This document shows, piece by piece, positions 47,097-56,214 of a stretch of 64,000 bases of DNA. Numbering within the stretch: position 1 is the stretch's first letter; the number at the start of each line of letters is the position of its first letter. The translations under genes and the position numbers were made by a program. The DNA is from an uncultured Acidobacteriaceae bacterium (GTDB lineage: Bacteria > Acidobacteriota > Terriglobia > Terriglobales > Acidobacteriaceae). The notes beneath the pieces are model-generated. The model searched no databases and had not been told where the DNA came from. It worked only from the letters and a program-made list of their open reading frames with translations. The DNA lies in NCBI GenBank assembly GCA_963702775.1, contig CAVPDX010000001.1:115688-179687 (forward strand). The letters are read 5' to 3'.

Positions 47097-48428
47097 TCAG
47101 TGCTGTGTTAGTCCCTCCGATTCCGGTTCGTTGAGCAACTTGAGTCGTCGCTTGATGCCTTGCTGGATCGAAGTTGCCACTGATTCAGGAAATCCCGTTG
47201 GTAGGTCGGACACGACTGAGTCAACTACCGCCGATGCAGAGTCCCGCAGTTCTTCGAAGATGCCTCTAACCACGCTTCCCCCAACACCCGCTTTCTCGGC
47301 CGTTTGGAAAAAATGGCGCGGAGCAATATTCATGATTTTGTAATGGCGCTTGGAACCGACTGCCATAGCTAAGCGGAACTGTTTCCAGAGTATCTGTTTT
47401 ACATCAACGCTTGGTTGAGCTGAGATTACGTCATAGAACGGAGTCAGGCGGAATCGCCCACCGGATGACAGAAAGACGCTGAAATTCTTCGCATGTCCGT
47501 CCGTGGCTCCGAGCAACCAATAGATGATATTAGCTTTCAAGAACGATCGCTGATCCGCAATAGGTTCGTCGCTTCCTCGTAGTAGTTGAAGTATTTTCTC
47601 AATGCCTGGTCCACCATCGCTCTCGTACTTAAGATTCGGAGAAACGGAGAGTGCTTGGCAGCAGTCCTCTTGGGGAAGGCGCAGCAGCCTCTTGTCAGCG
47701 GTCCATAGCCTGTCGAATCGTTCGACAACGAGGACTCGTTTGTCTCCGAAGGATGACATTTCGGCGTTTGCCGCGGCAAGGTCCAATCCTTTTACAATCT
47801 TCAGACAGAGATATTCGTTTTCTACGCTATAAGTTAGATCTATTCCGTTTGGAAGGCGACCGACCGAAGGTTTTAAGATATGGGTTGTAGCTGTAGTACC
47901 GCGGGGCTTGTACCATTCTCCGTTCAAGAGGAGGAGTGCCGTTTTCTCCTGTGCACCGGCAATGGAGATGCGGAAGCTTTCGTCCTCTGTAATCCCGAGT
48001 GGAGCGGTCGCTAAATTGTCTAGTATTTCTGTAATTTCGCGCTCGTTAACCGGAACACCGTCCACAGCTCCAGGTGGGCCTGGCTGCGAGTCCCGCGGTA
48101 GGAACTGAAGGGCGCCGACACAATCGTGACCAATCGCTCCGAGAAGGCTGTATGCATCCGTTCCTTCAGCGCGCGCGCGCGCAGCGATTCGTCGCCGAAG
48201 GGATTCGTTGTCGGGCAAGAGGTTCTCAAAGACCGCAATTACGGGCGCGCCGGTGTACTCTTGCTCACGTATCGGGAGAGAGAGCGAAACGGGGATGGCT
48301 GGCGGCCATGCGATCCAAGAATGATCGTATTGGAAAGAGATTGCCCCTGAGATTTCACGACGCAGTTCGCCGACGAGGCGGCTGTTTAGAAATGTGCTCA
48401 CCGGTTCATAGCGCGCGCGTCGAGGCAT
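47097..48428 (-). CDS. hipA: type II toxin HipA-family kinase
   Basis: N-terminal coupling domain, ISIAGAQEKTALLL and GATDGHAKNFSVFL. The start overlaps the hipB stop (TAATG). Confidence 0.9.
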   Translation of the reverse strand: MPRRARYEPVSTFLNSRLVGELRREISGAISFQYDHSWIAWPPAIPVSLSLPIREQEYTGAPVIAVFENLLPDNESLRRRIAARARAEGTDAYSLLGAIGHDCVGALQFLPRDSQPGPPGAVDGVPVNEREITEILDNLATAPLGITEDESFRISIAGAQEKTALLLLNGEWYKPRGTTATTHILKPSVGRLPNGIDLTYSVENEYLCLKIVKGLDLAAANAEMSSFGDKRVLVVERFDRLWTADKRLLRLPQEDCCQALSVSPNLKYESDGGPGIEKILQLLRGSDEPIADQRSFLKANIIYWLLGATDGHAKNFSVFLSSGGRFRLTPFYDVISAQPSVDVKQILWKQFRLAMAVGSKRHYKIMNIAPRHFFQTAEKAGVGGSVVRGIFEELRDSASAVVDSVVSDLPTGFPESVATSIQQGIKRRLKLLNEPESEGLTQH

Positions 48429-48676
48429 TAAAATAGCGCCTCAATGTCTTTCGCTGATGTTTTGGTTCTGGGTCGAATAACCATTTCGAGATCGAGTGCG
48501 GCAAGCGCCGAAAGCAGTGTGGCTGTTCGCATTGTTGCCAATGTTTCCAAAGCGGAGACTGTGGACTGCCGAAGCCTAATTCGCGAGGCTAGCTCTGCTT
48601 GCGTTAGCCCAAGTTCAGTACGTCTTTGTCGAAGTAGATTGCCGAGTTGTTTAGGTGTGCGGGCGACTTGTTCCAT
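48428..48676 (-). CDS. hipB: HipB-like XRE-family antitoxin
   Basis: LGNLLRQRRTELGLTQAELASRIRLRQSTVSALE (HTH_3). Confidence 0.85.
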   Translation of the reverse strand: MEQVARTPKQLGNLLRQRRTELGLTQAELASRIRLRQSTVSALETLATMRTATLLSALAALDLEMVIRPRTKTSAKDIEALF

Positions 48677-48690
48677 ATGTGTTTTGCCTT

Positions 48691-48817
48691 ATTTGCGGTG
48701 TTCCGATGAATCCCATTATGCGATTTTCCGCATGAGCACGATTTATACGGTTTTCCGAATAATAGCACTTTATACGGTTTCCCGCATAGAAAGTATTTAT
48801 GCGGTTTTCCGTATGAG
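48691..48817. promoter_or_regulatory. five phased operator-like imperfect palindromes upstream of hipB
   Basis: [AT]T[GA]CGG-TTTT-CCG[CTA]AT-type sites start near 48693, 48718, 48745, 48772 and 48799, with spacing of 25-27 bp. Confidence 0.65.
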
Positions 48818-49189
48818 ATGACTGCTGGCCCCCTTACATAAGTTCTGTGTTCCAAGAGATCGATAGCGAGTCCTGCGGGAACGTAGGCCACCTTCAGTTC
48901 ATCACAGGCCTCTTGGCTACGCCTAGGGCCTCAAACGCCAAGCGCCTCAACGAAACACTGAAAGCCGCCGCAAAGCCTGTGCAATCAATATATGGCGGGT
49001 TCAGTCGGAACACACGGGTATTCCCTAGGCTACATTTCGGCCACGCCAGCCGCGTGTTCACGGGCAAAGTTCTAGCGGCCCGAGTCAGTGGCGTTCCGTG
49101 TGCCACGCTGATAGCAAACGACTTGAACGTGTAACAGGTATCAGTTGACGGTATCATCGCCAGTTGCGGCCACCGTAGCTCCCCGTGAG

Positions 49190-49343
49190 CGAGTCTGATC
49201 TTCAGTGACCGAATTTTCGATTCCAGAGTAGACCGTGGGATGCCGAGCTTACGGACGCGCCAGATGGTCCCGAATACCCAGCCTCCACGTTCGCATAAAG
49301 CCGCCTCAATTATGCTGCGCGCGCACCAACTCATCGTGATCAA
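49190..49343 (-). pseudogene. C-terminal remnant (Fis-type HTH) of a sigma-54-dependent activator
   Basis: ...IIEAAL.ERGG......KLGIPRSTLESKIRSLKI is the typical last ~45 residues of NtrC/FhlA-type activators. No AAA+ or receiver part precedes it. Confidence 0.55.
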
Positions 49344-49373
49344 TGACGAACACCTTGAGAGCGCCCGCGGGTA

Positions 49374-52366
49374 TCATCCATTGCCCTCGATTTTGGTAGG
49401 TAGGGTGAAAGCAAAGCATGCGCCACGGGGAGAGTTGTTGGCAGCCCATAGGCGCCCGCCATGCGATTCAATGATGGAGCGGCTGATCCGTAGTCCCATG
49501 CCGGTGCCGTGAGGTTTGGTTGTAAAAAACGCATTGAAGATCTGGTCCGCCCGCTGCGAGGGAAGCCCTATGCCGGTATCGCTGACGGACACCTGAAGTT
49601 GCTCGTTTTCCGCCCGCTGAGACGCGATGGTTATCTCGCGTGTTCCGTCCACATCCTTCATCGCATCGATGCTGTTCATGATCAGGTTCATGGTGACCTG
49701 CTGCAATTGGACGCGATCTCCCATGATCAGGGGAAGGTCTTCCGACAGTTCTGTGCGCATTTCGACGGAGTATCGGGTAGCCTCGCTGCGCAAAAGTTCG
49801 GTCATTCCTCGAATGATGTCGTTTACATCAACCAACTCTCGTTGCGCAATTTCCTTCTTGAAGAGCGAGCGGATGCGGCTCATGATCTCGGCGGCTCGGG
49901 CTGTATCCTTGACGACTCGTGATGCAGCCGCGCGTGCCTCTTCCAGATCAGGCTGTTCGCGCGCAAGCCAGCGCAAGCAAGTACTGGCGTCGGTGACGGC
50001 GGCGGCAATCGGCTGATTCACTTCGTGCGCCAGCGAGGCAGTCAATTCTCCCATGGTGGTCATCCTATTTATGTGCGCGAGATCCGCCTGGGCCTCCCGC
50101 AATCGTTCGCGTTCTTCACGCGCCCGCTTGCGTTCAATGGCGATGCCAGCGAGATGGGTGGCCATTTCCAAGGCGCGGGTCTCAGATGGATTCGGACTGC
50201 GCGGTTCGCGGTAATACATGGCAAACGAGCCCAGCGCCTTGCCCGAATGCGCCAGGATGGGAGTGGACCAGCAGGCACGAAGCCCCGTGGCGCGCGTGTC
50301 GCCCGTCCTCATCGAGGAGAAGAACAGAGCAAAGTAAGCCGGCAAATTGTGCTTCCACAACCAATACTAGCTTCTCCAGTATTTCCGTTAGCGGAGCATC
50401 GCGGGCTATCATCTCCAAAATGCGGTTCTCTCCCTCACGCAGTGCTGTTGCCAGCTTGCGCTCGGTGATGTCCATCATGGTACCCACAAATTGCACCAGA
50501 TCCCCGGATGCGTTCAAAACAGGATGGCCGACGGTATGAGTGTGTTTGACCGTGCCGTCCGGAAGAAGGATTCGGTGTTCCCCTTCGTAATCCGATTTTT
50601 CAGCGATTGCTCGATCGGTCGTCTCTTGCCACTCGGTTCGATCCTCCGGATGCATACGCTGCAGGCGTTTTCTCCAAGCCGACAGGCCCTCTTTCGGATC
50701 AAAGTTATATATGCGATAGCATTCCTCGGAGAGATGCACAGCGTCTCTTTCTGGCAGCTGCCAGGCCCAACTCCCCGTATGCGTGAGCCTTTGCGCTTCT
50801 GCAAGATAACTTTCGCTCCGCCGCAGCGCTTCTTCTGACTGGGTGCGTTCTGTGACGTCGCGGACGGCAGCAGAGACAAGCGTGCCCCCTTCCGTTTCCA
50901 GCGGACTGAGACTGATTTCCACGGGAAACTCCGTTCCGTCCTTCCGCCGGCCATACAGCTGCATGCCTTCACCCATCCGCCGCACCCGAGGCTGGGCAAA
51001 GAACTCCGCGCGTTTTTGAGGGTGTGAACCTCGAAATCGTTCCGGCACCAAAATCTCAACCGCTTGCCCCAGCAGTTCGTCCCGCTGATACCCAAACAGC
51101 TTCTCGACTTGAGCATTGACCAAGGCGATCCTGCCCTGCCGATTCATGACGATCATTGCGTCCGGAGCGGATTCCAGAAGCCCGCGGAATTTCTGCTCGG
51201 CCTGCTTGCGCTCGGTGATGTCGATCACGGTGCCCACGTATTCAACGAGATCGCCGGATGGACTGAAAACGGGATGACCTACGACATGGATGTCTCTGAC
51301 GTCGGCGCCGGGATGAATGATTCGATAATCCAGCTCGAACTCCGCTTTCTCGCGCCCCGCTGTCTCGACCGCTTTTCTAAGTTTGGCTTGATCATCGGGA
51401 TGGATGCGATTAAAGAATGTTTCGTATCGCGGCAGTCCACCCTGCGGATCAAAACCCACCACGCGGTAGCATTCCTCGGAGAAGTACCTGATCTCGCCCA
51501 TGGCAGGTGTCGATGCCCAACTGCCAGTGTGGCTGAGCCTCTGCGCTTCTGCCAAGTATGCCTCGCTCTTCCGGAGCGTCTGTTCCACTTGTTTTGCCGC
51601 GGTGACGTCCATCACCGCTCCCACGAACTCTACGCTGCCCGATTCATCGCTTATGGCACGAGCCACAACATGGATATGCTTGATGGAACCATCGGGCATC
51701 AGCAAGCCGTGTTCAATATCAAAATCCTTCCCCTCCTGGGACGCGTGTTCAATGGTCTGTTGCACGAGCACCGCATCCTCCGGATGAACCCGTTGGAGGA
51801 CGCGTTCCGCGGTAGGTGTCGTGTTTCGGTCGTATTGGAAAATTCGAAAAGTTTCCTCTGACCATATGAGTTCGCCGGTTGAGGGTTTCCAGCCGAGGCT
51901 GCCCGTGTGGCTGAGCCCCTGTGCCTCCGCTAGGTAAGTCTCGTTCTGACGGAGCGCCTCCTCGACCCGTTTACGTCCGACTGTGAGTTGGTCGCGAGCT
52001 TGGAGAAGCTCTGCCTCGACGCGGCGCCGAACGGCGGCGAACCAAGTGAGAAGTAAAGCGAACAGTACGAAGACAGCGTAGTGCGGGATCTCAGAGCGCG
52101 TAACGTAGAAGCTGTAACGGGGCCCCGTGAAGAAGTAGTCGAAGCTTAAACTTGAAAGTACAACAGCAAGAATCGCTGGCCCGATCCCTGCGTACCAGAC
52201 AGTTACGACGATGGCAAACAGGAAAAGTGGCACTTCCACGTTGCGGAAACCGTAGCGTTGTGCCAGAAGCGCCGAGCCCAGGGCAATGGCGGAGGAAGCC
52301 GCTGCGAGCCCGTAGCGCAGAACGGGGGGACTGGGCGAACTGCGATTGGAGTTTCGGTTGGGCCAT
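49374..52366 (-). pseudogene. DUF4118/PAS x4/GAF/HisKA/HATPase sensor histidine kinase, disrupted at two points
   Basis: One frame change sits at the G6 run 52324-52329, between [14 protein letters not shown] and [20 protein letters not shown].... A second frame change plus about 55 missing GAF codons lies near 50281-50298, where [13 protein letters not shown] is joined to [11 protein letters not shown]. Confidence 0.7.
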
Positions 52367-52420
52367 GGTTCGCCTCACATCAAAGTCTTATAACATGTGA
52401 GTTGCCTGTGCGCTCACGCT

Positions 52421-54022
52421 TCACGGTGCCGCGACCAAAGGCAATTCAATGAAGCTGGCTTGGCCGGGCGCGTGATACACGCGCTGTTCGGTCTTGCGGT
52501 AGTCGTCCGACTTCGCCCAAAAAACGTTGGGAACAAAAGTTTGCGGATTACGGTCATACAGCGGGAACCAGCTTGATTGAATCTGCACCATGATACGGTG
52601 TCCGGGCACGAAGACGTGGTTGGCCGTGGGAAGGTTGAAGCGGTAGAGGAGAGGTTGGCCGGGGCTGATGGGACGTGCGGTTTCCAGGCTCTCGCGATAG
52701 CGGCCACGGAAGATGTCGGCGGAAATCATCAACTGATACCCGCCCTTCGAAGCGTCGCCGGCAACCTGGTCGGGATACACGTCGATCAACTTGACCACCC
52801 GATCGCTGTCCGTGCCGCTGGTGGAGGCGACGAGATTGGCGACGGGCTGTCCGCTCAGAACATCGCGTGCAGACGGAAAACTGATGTCAAGCACTACGAG
52901 ACGATATTCGAGGATTTGCATGCTGAGATCTCGAACGATCTTGTTGAGCCAAAGTGGGTCGATGCGCGCATCCGCACAGACAGCCGGTCTCGCTAAACCG
53001 CGACGTAGGCGATCTGTCAGAAACGGCAAATCCTGAGTGCTCAGATCTATGAGGCCAAAGAGACCACCCTCCTTCAAACAGCTGACCGCCCAGGAAAGAG
53101 TATCGAACTTGTCGGGATGGTCGTGCAGCGTAAATAATGCCAACCCGCAATCAAAGGGGCCGCGTCGGTGAAGCTCACTGCGATCGGAGGTGTAGCAGCA
53201 CCTGCGGCTGCAACACGCTTTCTTTGCTAACTCCACCATTGATGGCGACGAATCGTATCCTATATAGGCTTTTTCTTCTCGGCCAGAACATAAAATCGGA
53301 CCCACGCCACCCACGCCGCAACCAATCTCGAATATGCGCATTGGTTCGAAATCACGCATCCACTCTTCGATGGTTATTCCGAGGCTCCAAGTCGGGTGAT
53401 ACCAGCGCTCGAGGCGTGCTATGAAATCGCCGTACTGTCCTGAAACGCTTGAAAAATGCTCCCTCACAGTCTCCACCGAAGGCGCTCGATGACTCTTATG
53501 GCAATCGTTTGCATATGCGTCAACCGCTGCCAAGAGCGCGTCTTCACTGGCCACAGCATTGCCACCCGCTTGAAGGGCGCCAAGCGTAAAGCGGTCTTCG
53601 TAAAGAACACCGGAATCTCTATAAAGATGATTCTCACCTCGGAAGAGTCCGATCACTGGGATGCCAAAAGCAAATGCGATGCCAATTTTTCCTGCAAGGG
53701 CACTACTAAGAGGGCTGCTAGCTAAAAAGGCTACGACAACGTCGCAATCAAGAAGCATAGCCGTCTCTTCTCGAAACATGCTTTCTGCAGATGGTGTCTC
53801 CCCATGCATAGCATGTCGATCTAAGGACGGGACAACCTGATATCCAGCATGTTTAAGCCGATCCGTACTCCGGTCAACGAAGGCTCTGTCGGAGTCGATT
53901 TGTGGCGCACCGATCCAGTAGATCTTGTTCTTTGGTCCGTGTTTTTGCATATCGTGTAGAGAGTGACTTGAAGGGCCCGTCTGGTCGATTAATCGTTTCA
54001 CGACGACCTTCAAAAAAGGCAC
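52421..54022 (-). CDS. chimeric ORF: Rossmann-like N-domain + class I SAM methyltransferase + C-terminal fragment of a CocE/NonD (X-Pro dipeptidyl-peptidase C-terminal) hydrolase
   Basis: IFEIGCGVGGVG (MTase motif I). The last ~145 aa, LSGQPVANLVASTSGTDSDRVVKLIDVYPD...MVQIQSSWFPLYDRNPQTF, are the PepX_C-type domain. The junction is near 52860. Confidence 0.6.
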   Translation of the reverse strand: MPFLKVVVKRLIDQTGPSSHSLHDMQKHGPKNKIYWIGAPQIDSDRAFVDRSTDRLKHAGYQVVPSLDRHAMHGETPSAESMFREETAMLLDCDVVVAFLASSPLSSALAGKIGIAFAFGIPVIGLFRGENHLYRDSGVLYEDRFTLGALQAGGNAVASEDALLAAVDAYANDCHKSHRAPSVETVREHFSSVSGQYGDFIARLERWYHPTWSLGITIEEWMRDFEPMRIFEIGCGVGGVGPILCSGREEKAYIGYDSSPSMVELAKKACCSRRCCYTSDRSELHRRGPFDCGLALFTLHDHPDKFDTLSWAVSCLKEGGLFGLIDLSTQDLPFLTDRLRRGLARPAVCADARIDPLWLNKIVRDLSMQILEYRLVVLDISFPSARDVLSGQPVANLVASTSGTDSDRVVKLIDVYPDQVAGDASKGGYQLMISADIFRGRYRESLETARPISPGQPLLYRFNLPTANHVFVPGHRIMVQIQSSWFPLYDRNPQTFVPNVFWAKSDDYRKTEQRVYHAPGQASFIELPLVAAP

Positions 54023-54419
54023 CTAACGCGATGCGGTAGGTTGTTCAGTCCTCATCATCGAACCAAACAATTTCCGACCATCGGTCCTCGGGAACATGCA
54101 CCGCTAGAAGCCGCGCTCGGGTTGCGATGCGTTGATATGTCTTGCGGTCCCCGCATTCGTTTTGTAATCCAGCTTTGGCGAGATTGAGAATCGCCCGATC
54201 CTCCCACTTCGCGGATCTACGCCGCCGTTCGGCTCTCGGGGGTACTTCGATTTGAATGATCGAGTTCCGCTCGGGCTGGACTTGGAAATCAGGGGTGACC
54301 CGTCAGAAGGCTGCTTGTGCGGCTATAGCCACGCCGGGCGGCAGCACCGGGTCACCGCCAACACCCGCGTCTGGGGTATCGCTGAAGAGAAAAACGGCAG
54401 GAGTTGCAGCGCCGGATAA

Positions 54420-54731
54420 GACACCGGGGAGACTGCCCCTCTGGTAGCAGCCCCCGAGGTCAAGAAGCGGACGGTCGAGGACGAGATGGAGACGCATCTG
54501 GCCGCCAAGAAGAGCGAGGGCCTGAGCGCCGCGACTCTCCGCAAATTGAAATACCAGCTTGGAACGTTCGAGCAGTTCCTATCCGCGAGGTCGAAATTCT
54601 TCCCGTCTGAGATCACCTCAACCGATGCATCGCCCGAGTACCGCAGCCATTTCATGCAGGAGCAGTCCCGCACGAAGGAACGGTTCCTCCGGCGGGAGTA
54701 CCTGCAGTCGCTTTGGTGGGCTCGAACATAG
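54420..54731 (+). pseudogene. tyrosine-integrase N-terminal (SAM-like) domain remnant
   Basis: ...KKRTVEDEMETHLAAKKSEGLSAATLRKLKYQLGTFEQFLSARSKFFPSEIT... with no catalytic domain before the tRNA 108 nt downstream. Confidence 0.45.
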
Positions 54732-54838
54732 ACGGCAACGACTGGGCGTCTCTCAATCATGCCCCCAGCCTAGCCACAGTATCTAGCACACCCGATGGCA
54801 CCAAAGTGCAAATCTTCAGTAACCATGCGGGTTTGAAA

Positions 54839-54936
54839 TGGCGGAAGCGAGTGGGGGTCGAACCCACCGGTGACAGGAAGACCTGCCGCCCGCCGGTTTT
54901 GAAGACCGGGACGATCACCGGACCGCATGCGCTTCC
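54839..54936 (-). tRNA. selC: tRNA-Sec (anticodon UCA), CCA encoded
   Basis: GGAAGCGCAUGCGGUCCGGUGAUCGUCCCGGUCUUCAAAACCGG...GUGGGUUCGACCCCCACUCGCUUCCGCCA. It has a 6-bp D-stem with a 4-nt loop and a long variable arm, and its overall layout parallels E. coli selC. Confidence 0.85.
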
Positions 54937-54943
54937 GAAAACA

Positions 54944-55040
54944 ATCGCCACGGATTTTCACTGACTTCACAGATCAGTTCCTGACTTGCCCTCGGCACTG
55001 ATAAGACGATCCCTGTGAATCCGCGCAAATCCGTGGCTTG
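54944..55040. repeat. second copy of the CACGGAT REP-type palindrome (downstream of peroxiredoxin gene)
   Basis: ATCGCCACGGATTTTCAC ... GTGAATCCGCGCAAATCCGTGGC. The right arm nearly matches 21820-21838. Confidence 0.7.
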
Positions 55041-55061
55041 GTTTTCGCAGGCCGCCACGGC

Positions 55062-55754
55062 TCACTTCGGCTGCGGCACAATCCGCAGATAAGGCCGCGG
55101 CGCCTTCCACCCTCCCGGATACTTCTGCTGCGCTTCCTCGTTCGACACCGAAGGCAGGATAATCACTTCCTCGCCCTGCTTCCAGTTCACCGGGGTCGCA
55201 ACTTTGTGCTTGGCCGTAAGTTGTATCGAATCGAGCACGCGCAGGATTTCATCGAAGTTGCGGCCCGTGCTCATGGGATAGGCAAGCTGCAGCTTGATCT
55301 TCTTGTCGGGGCCGACCACGAACACCGTGCGCACCGTGGCATTATCCGCCGCTGTGCGTCCTTCGGAAGTGTGACCGCTCTCGGCCGGCAACATGCCATA
55401 CAGCTTCGCAATCTTCAACTCCGGGTCGCCGATCATGGGATAGTTCACCTTGTGCCCCTGCGTCTCCTCAATATCGGAGGCCCACTTGCCGTGGCTGGTC
55501 ACCGGGTCCACACTCAAGCCGATAATTTTCGTATTGCGCTTGGCAAACTCCGGTTGCAAGCCCGCCATATAGCCCAGTTCGGTGGTGCACACCGGCGTAA
55601 AGTCCTTGGGATGGGAAAATAAAATCGCCCAGCCGTCGCCAATCCACTGGTGAAAGTGAATCGTGCCCTGTGTGGTTTCGGCCGTGAAATCAGGAGCAGT
55701 GTCGTTAATGCGGGGGATTCGGCCGGTAGTCTCGCTTGCAATCGCGGTGCTCAT
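55062..55754 (-). CDS. peroxiredoxin (1-Cys/Prx6-like)
   Basis: WAILFSHPKDFTPVCTTELG, about 230 aa, with an RBS (GGAGA) upstream. Confidence 0.9.
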   Translation of the reverse strand: MSTAIASETTGRIPRINDTAPDFTAETTQGTIHFHQWIGDGWAILFSHPKDFTPVCTTELGYMAGLQPEFAKRNTKIIGLSVDPVTSHGKWASDIEETQGHKVNYPMIGDPELKIAKLYGMLPAESGHTSEGRTAADNATVRTVFVVGPDKKIKLQLAYPMSTGRNFDEILRVLDSIQLTAKHKVATPVNWKQGEEVIILPSVSNEEAQQKYPGGWKAPRPYLRIVPQPK

Positions 55755-55773
55755 AATTTTTCTCCTTGTTTAA

Positions 55774-55818
55774 TCAATTTCGTTGAACTCAATTTCGTTA
55801 AATTCAATTTCGCTCGAA
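55774..55818. repeat. 3 x 15-bp tandem repeat (TCAATTTCGTTGAAC-like) just upstream of the peroxiredoxin gene
   Basis: Read directly. It lies 20-64 nt upstream of the start at 55754. Confidence 0.85.
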
Positions 55819-56214
55819 GTGTTTAAGATGGCCAGCCGCGGCCTTGATTTGGAAGAGCCTCGCGTGAAAACGAAACCCACCCATTTCGCCGGGTGGGTTG
55901 GAAGAAATCCAGAGTCGGTCCCTACCCGCACGGCGGTGAACACATGCAACAACACGCGGCGCCGGCGTTGGAGGGGCAGAACACCAAGTTAGGATAGAAG
56001 CCCGCACCAAACGCTGTCAACCGCGGGACCGCGCGCTTACTCTGTGTAAGCCTGTGTTCTCTGAGTTGAGCATTTTTAGTAAGGAGCACTGGATGCAGGA
56101 GCAGCCGCCTCGGCTGCCGCCGCGCGACGCGAGGCAACTCCTTTACACTTTCCCTGCATCGACAAAGCGAAAGCTCGCATCTGTAGTTGTTCAAGGCAGG
56201 TCTTAGAGCAGTTC

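Larger units (their letters stand above)
44356..54863. mobile_element. degraded tRNA-Sec-associated genomic island (~10.5 kb) bounded by 25-nt direct repeats
   Basis: TGGCGGAAGCGAGTGGGGGTCGAAC occurs at 44356-44380 and at 54839-54863, which is the tRNA 3' end. The cargo is a toxin-antitoxin pair, an HTH, an integrase remnant and pseudogenes. Confidence 0.65.

Noticed and set aside
46735-47343. 202-aa acidic/His-Arg ORF (plus strand) and 97-aa Gly/His-Pro ORF (46784..47077, minus strand) as ordinary proteins
   Set aside because: Both are by-products of a low-complexity DNA tract. The plus ORF also runs antisense into hipA. They are kept only as an unexplained tract in the findings.
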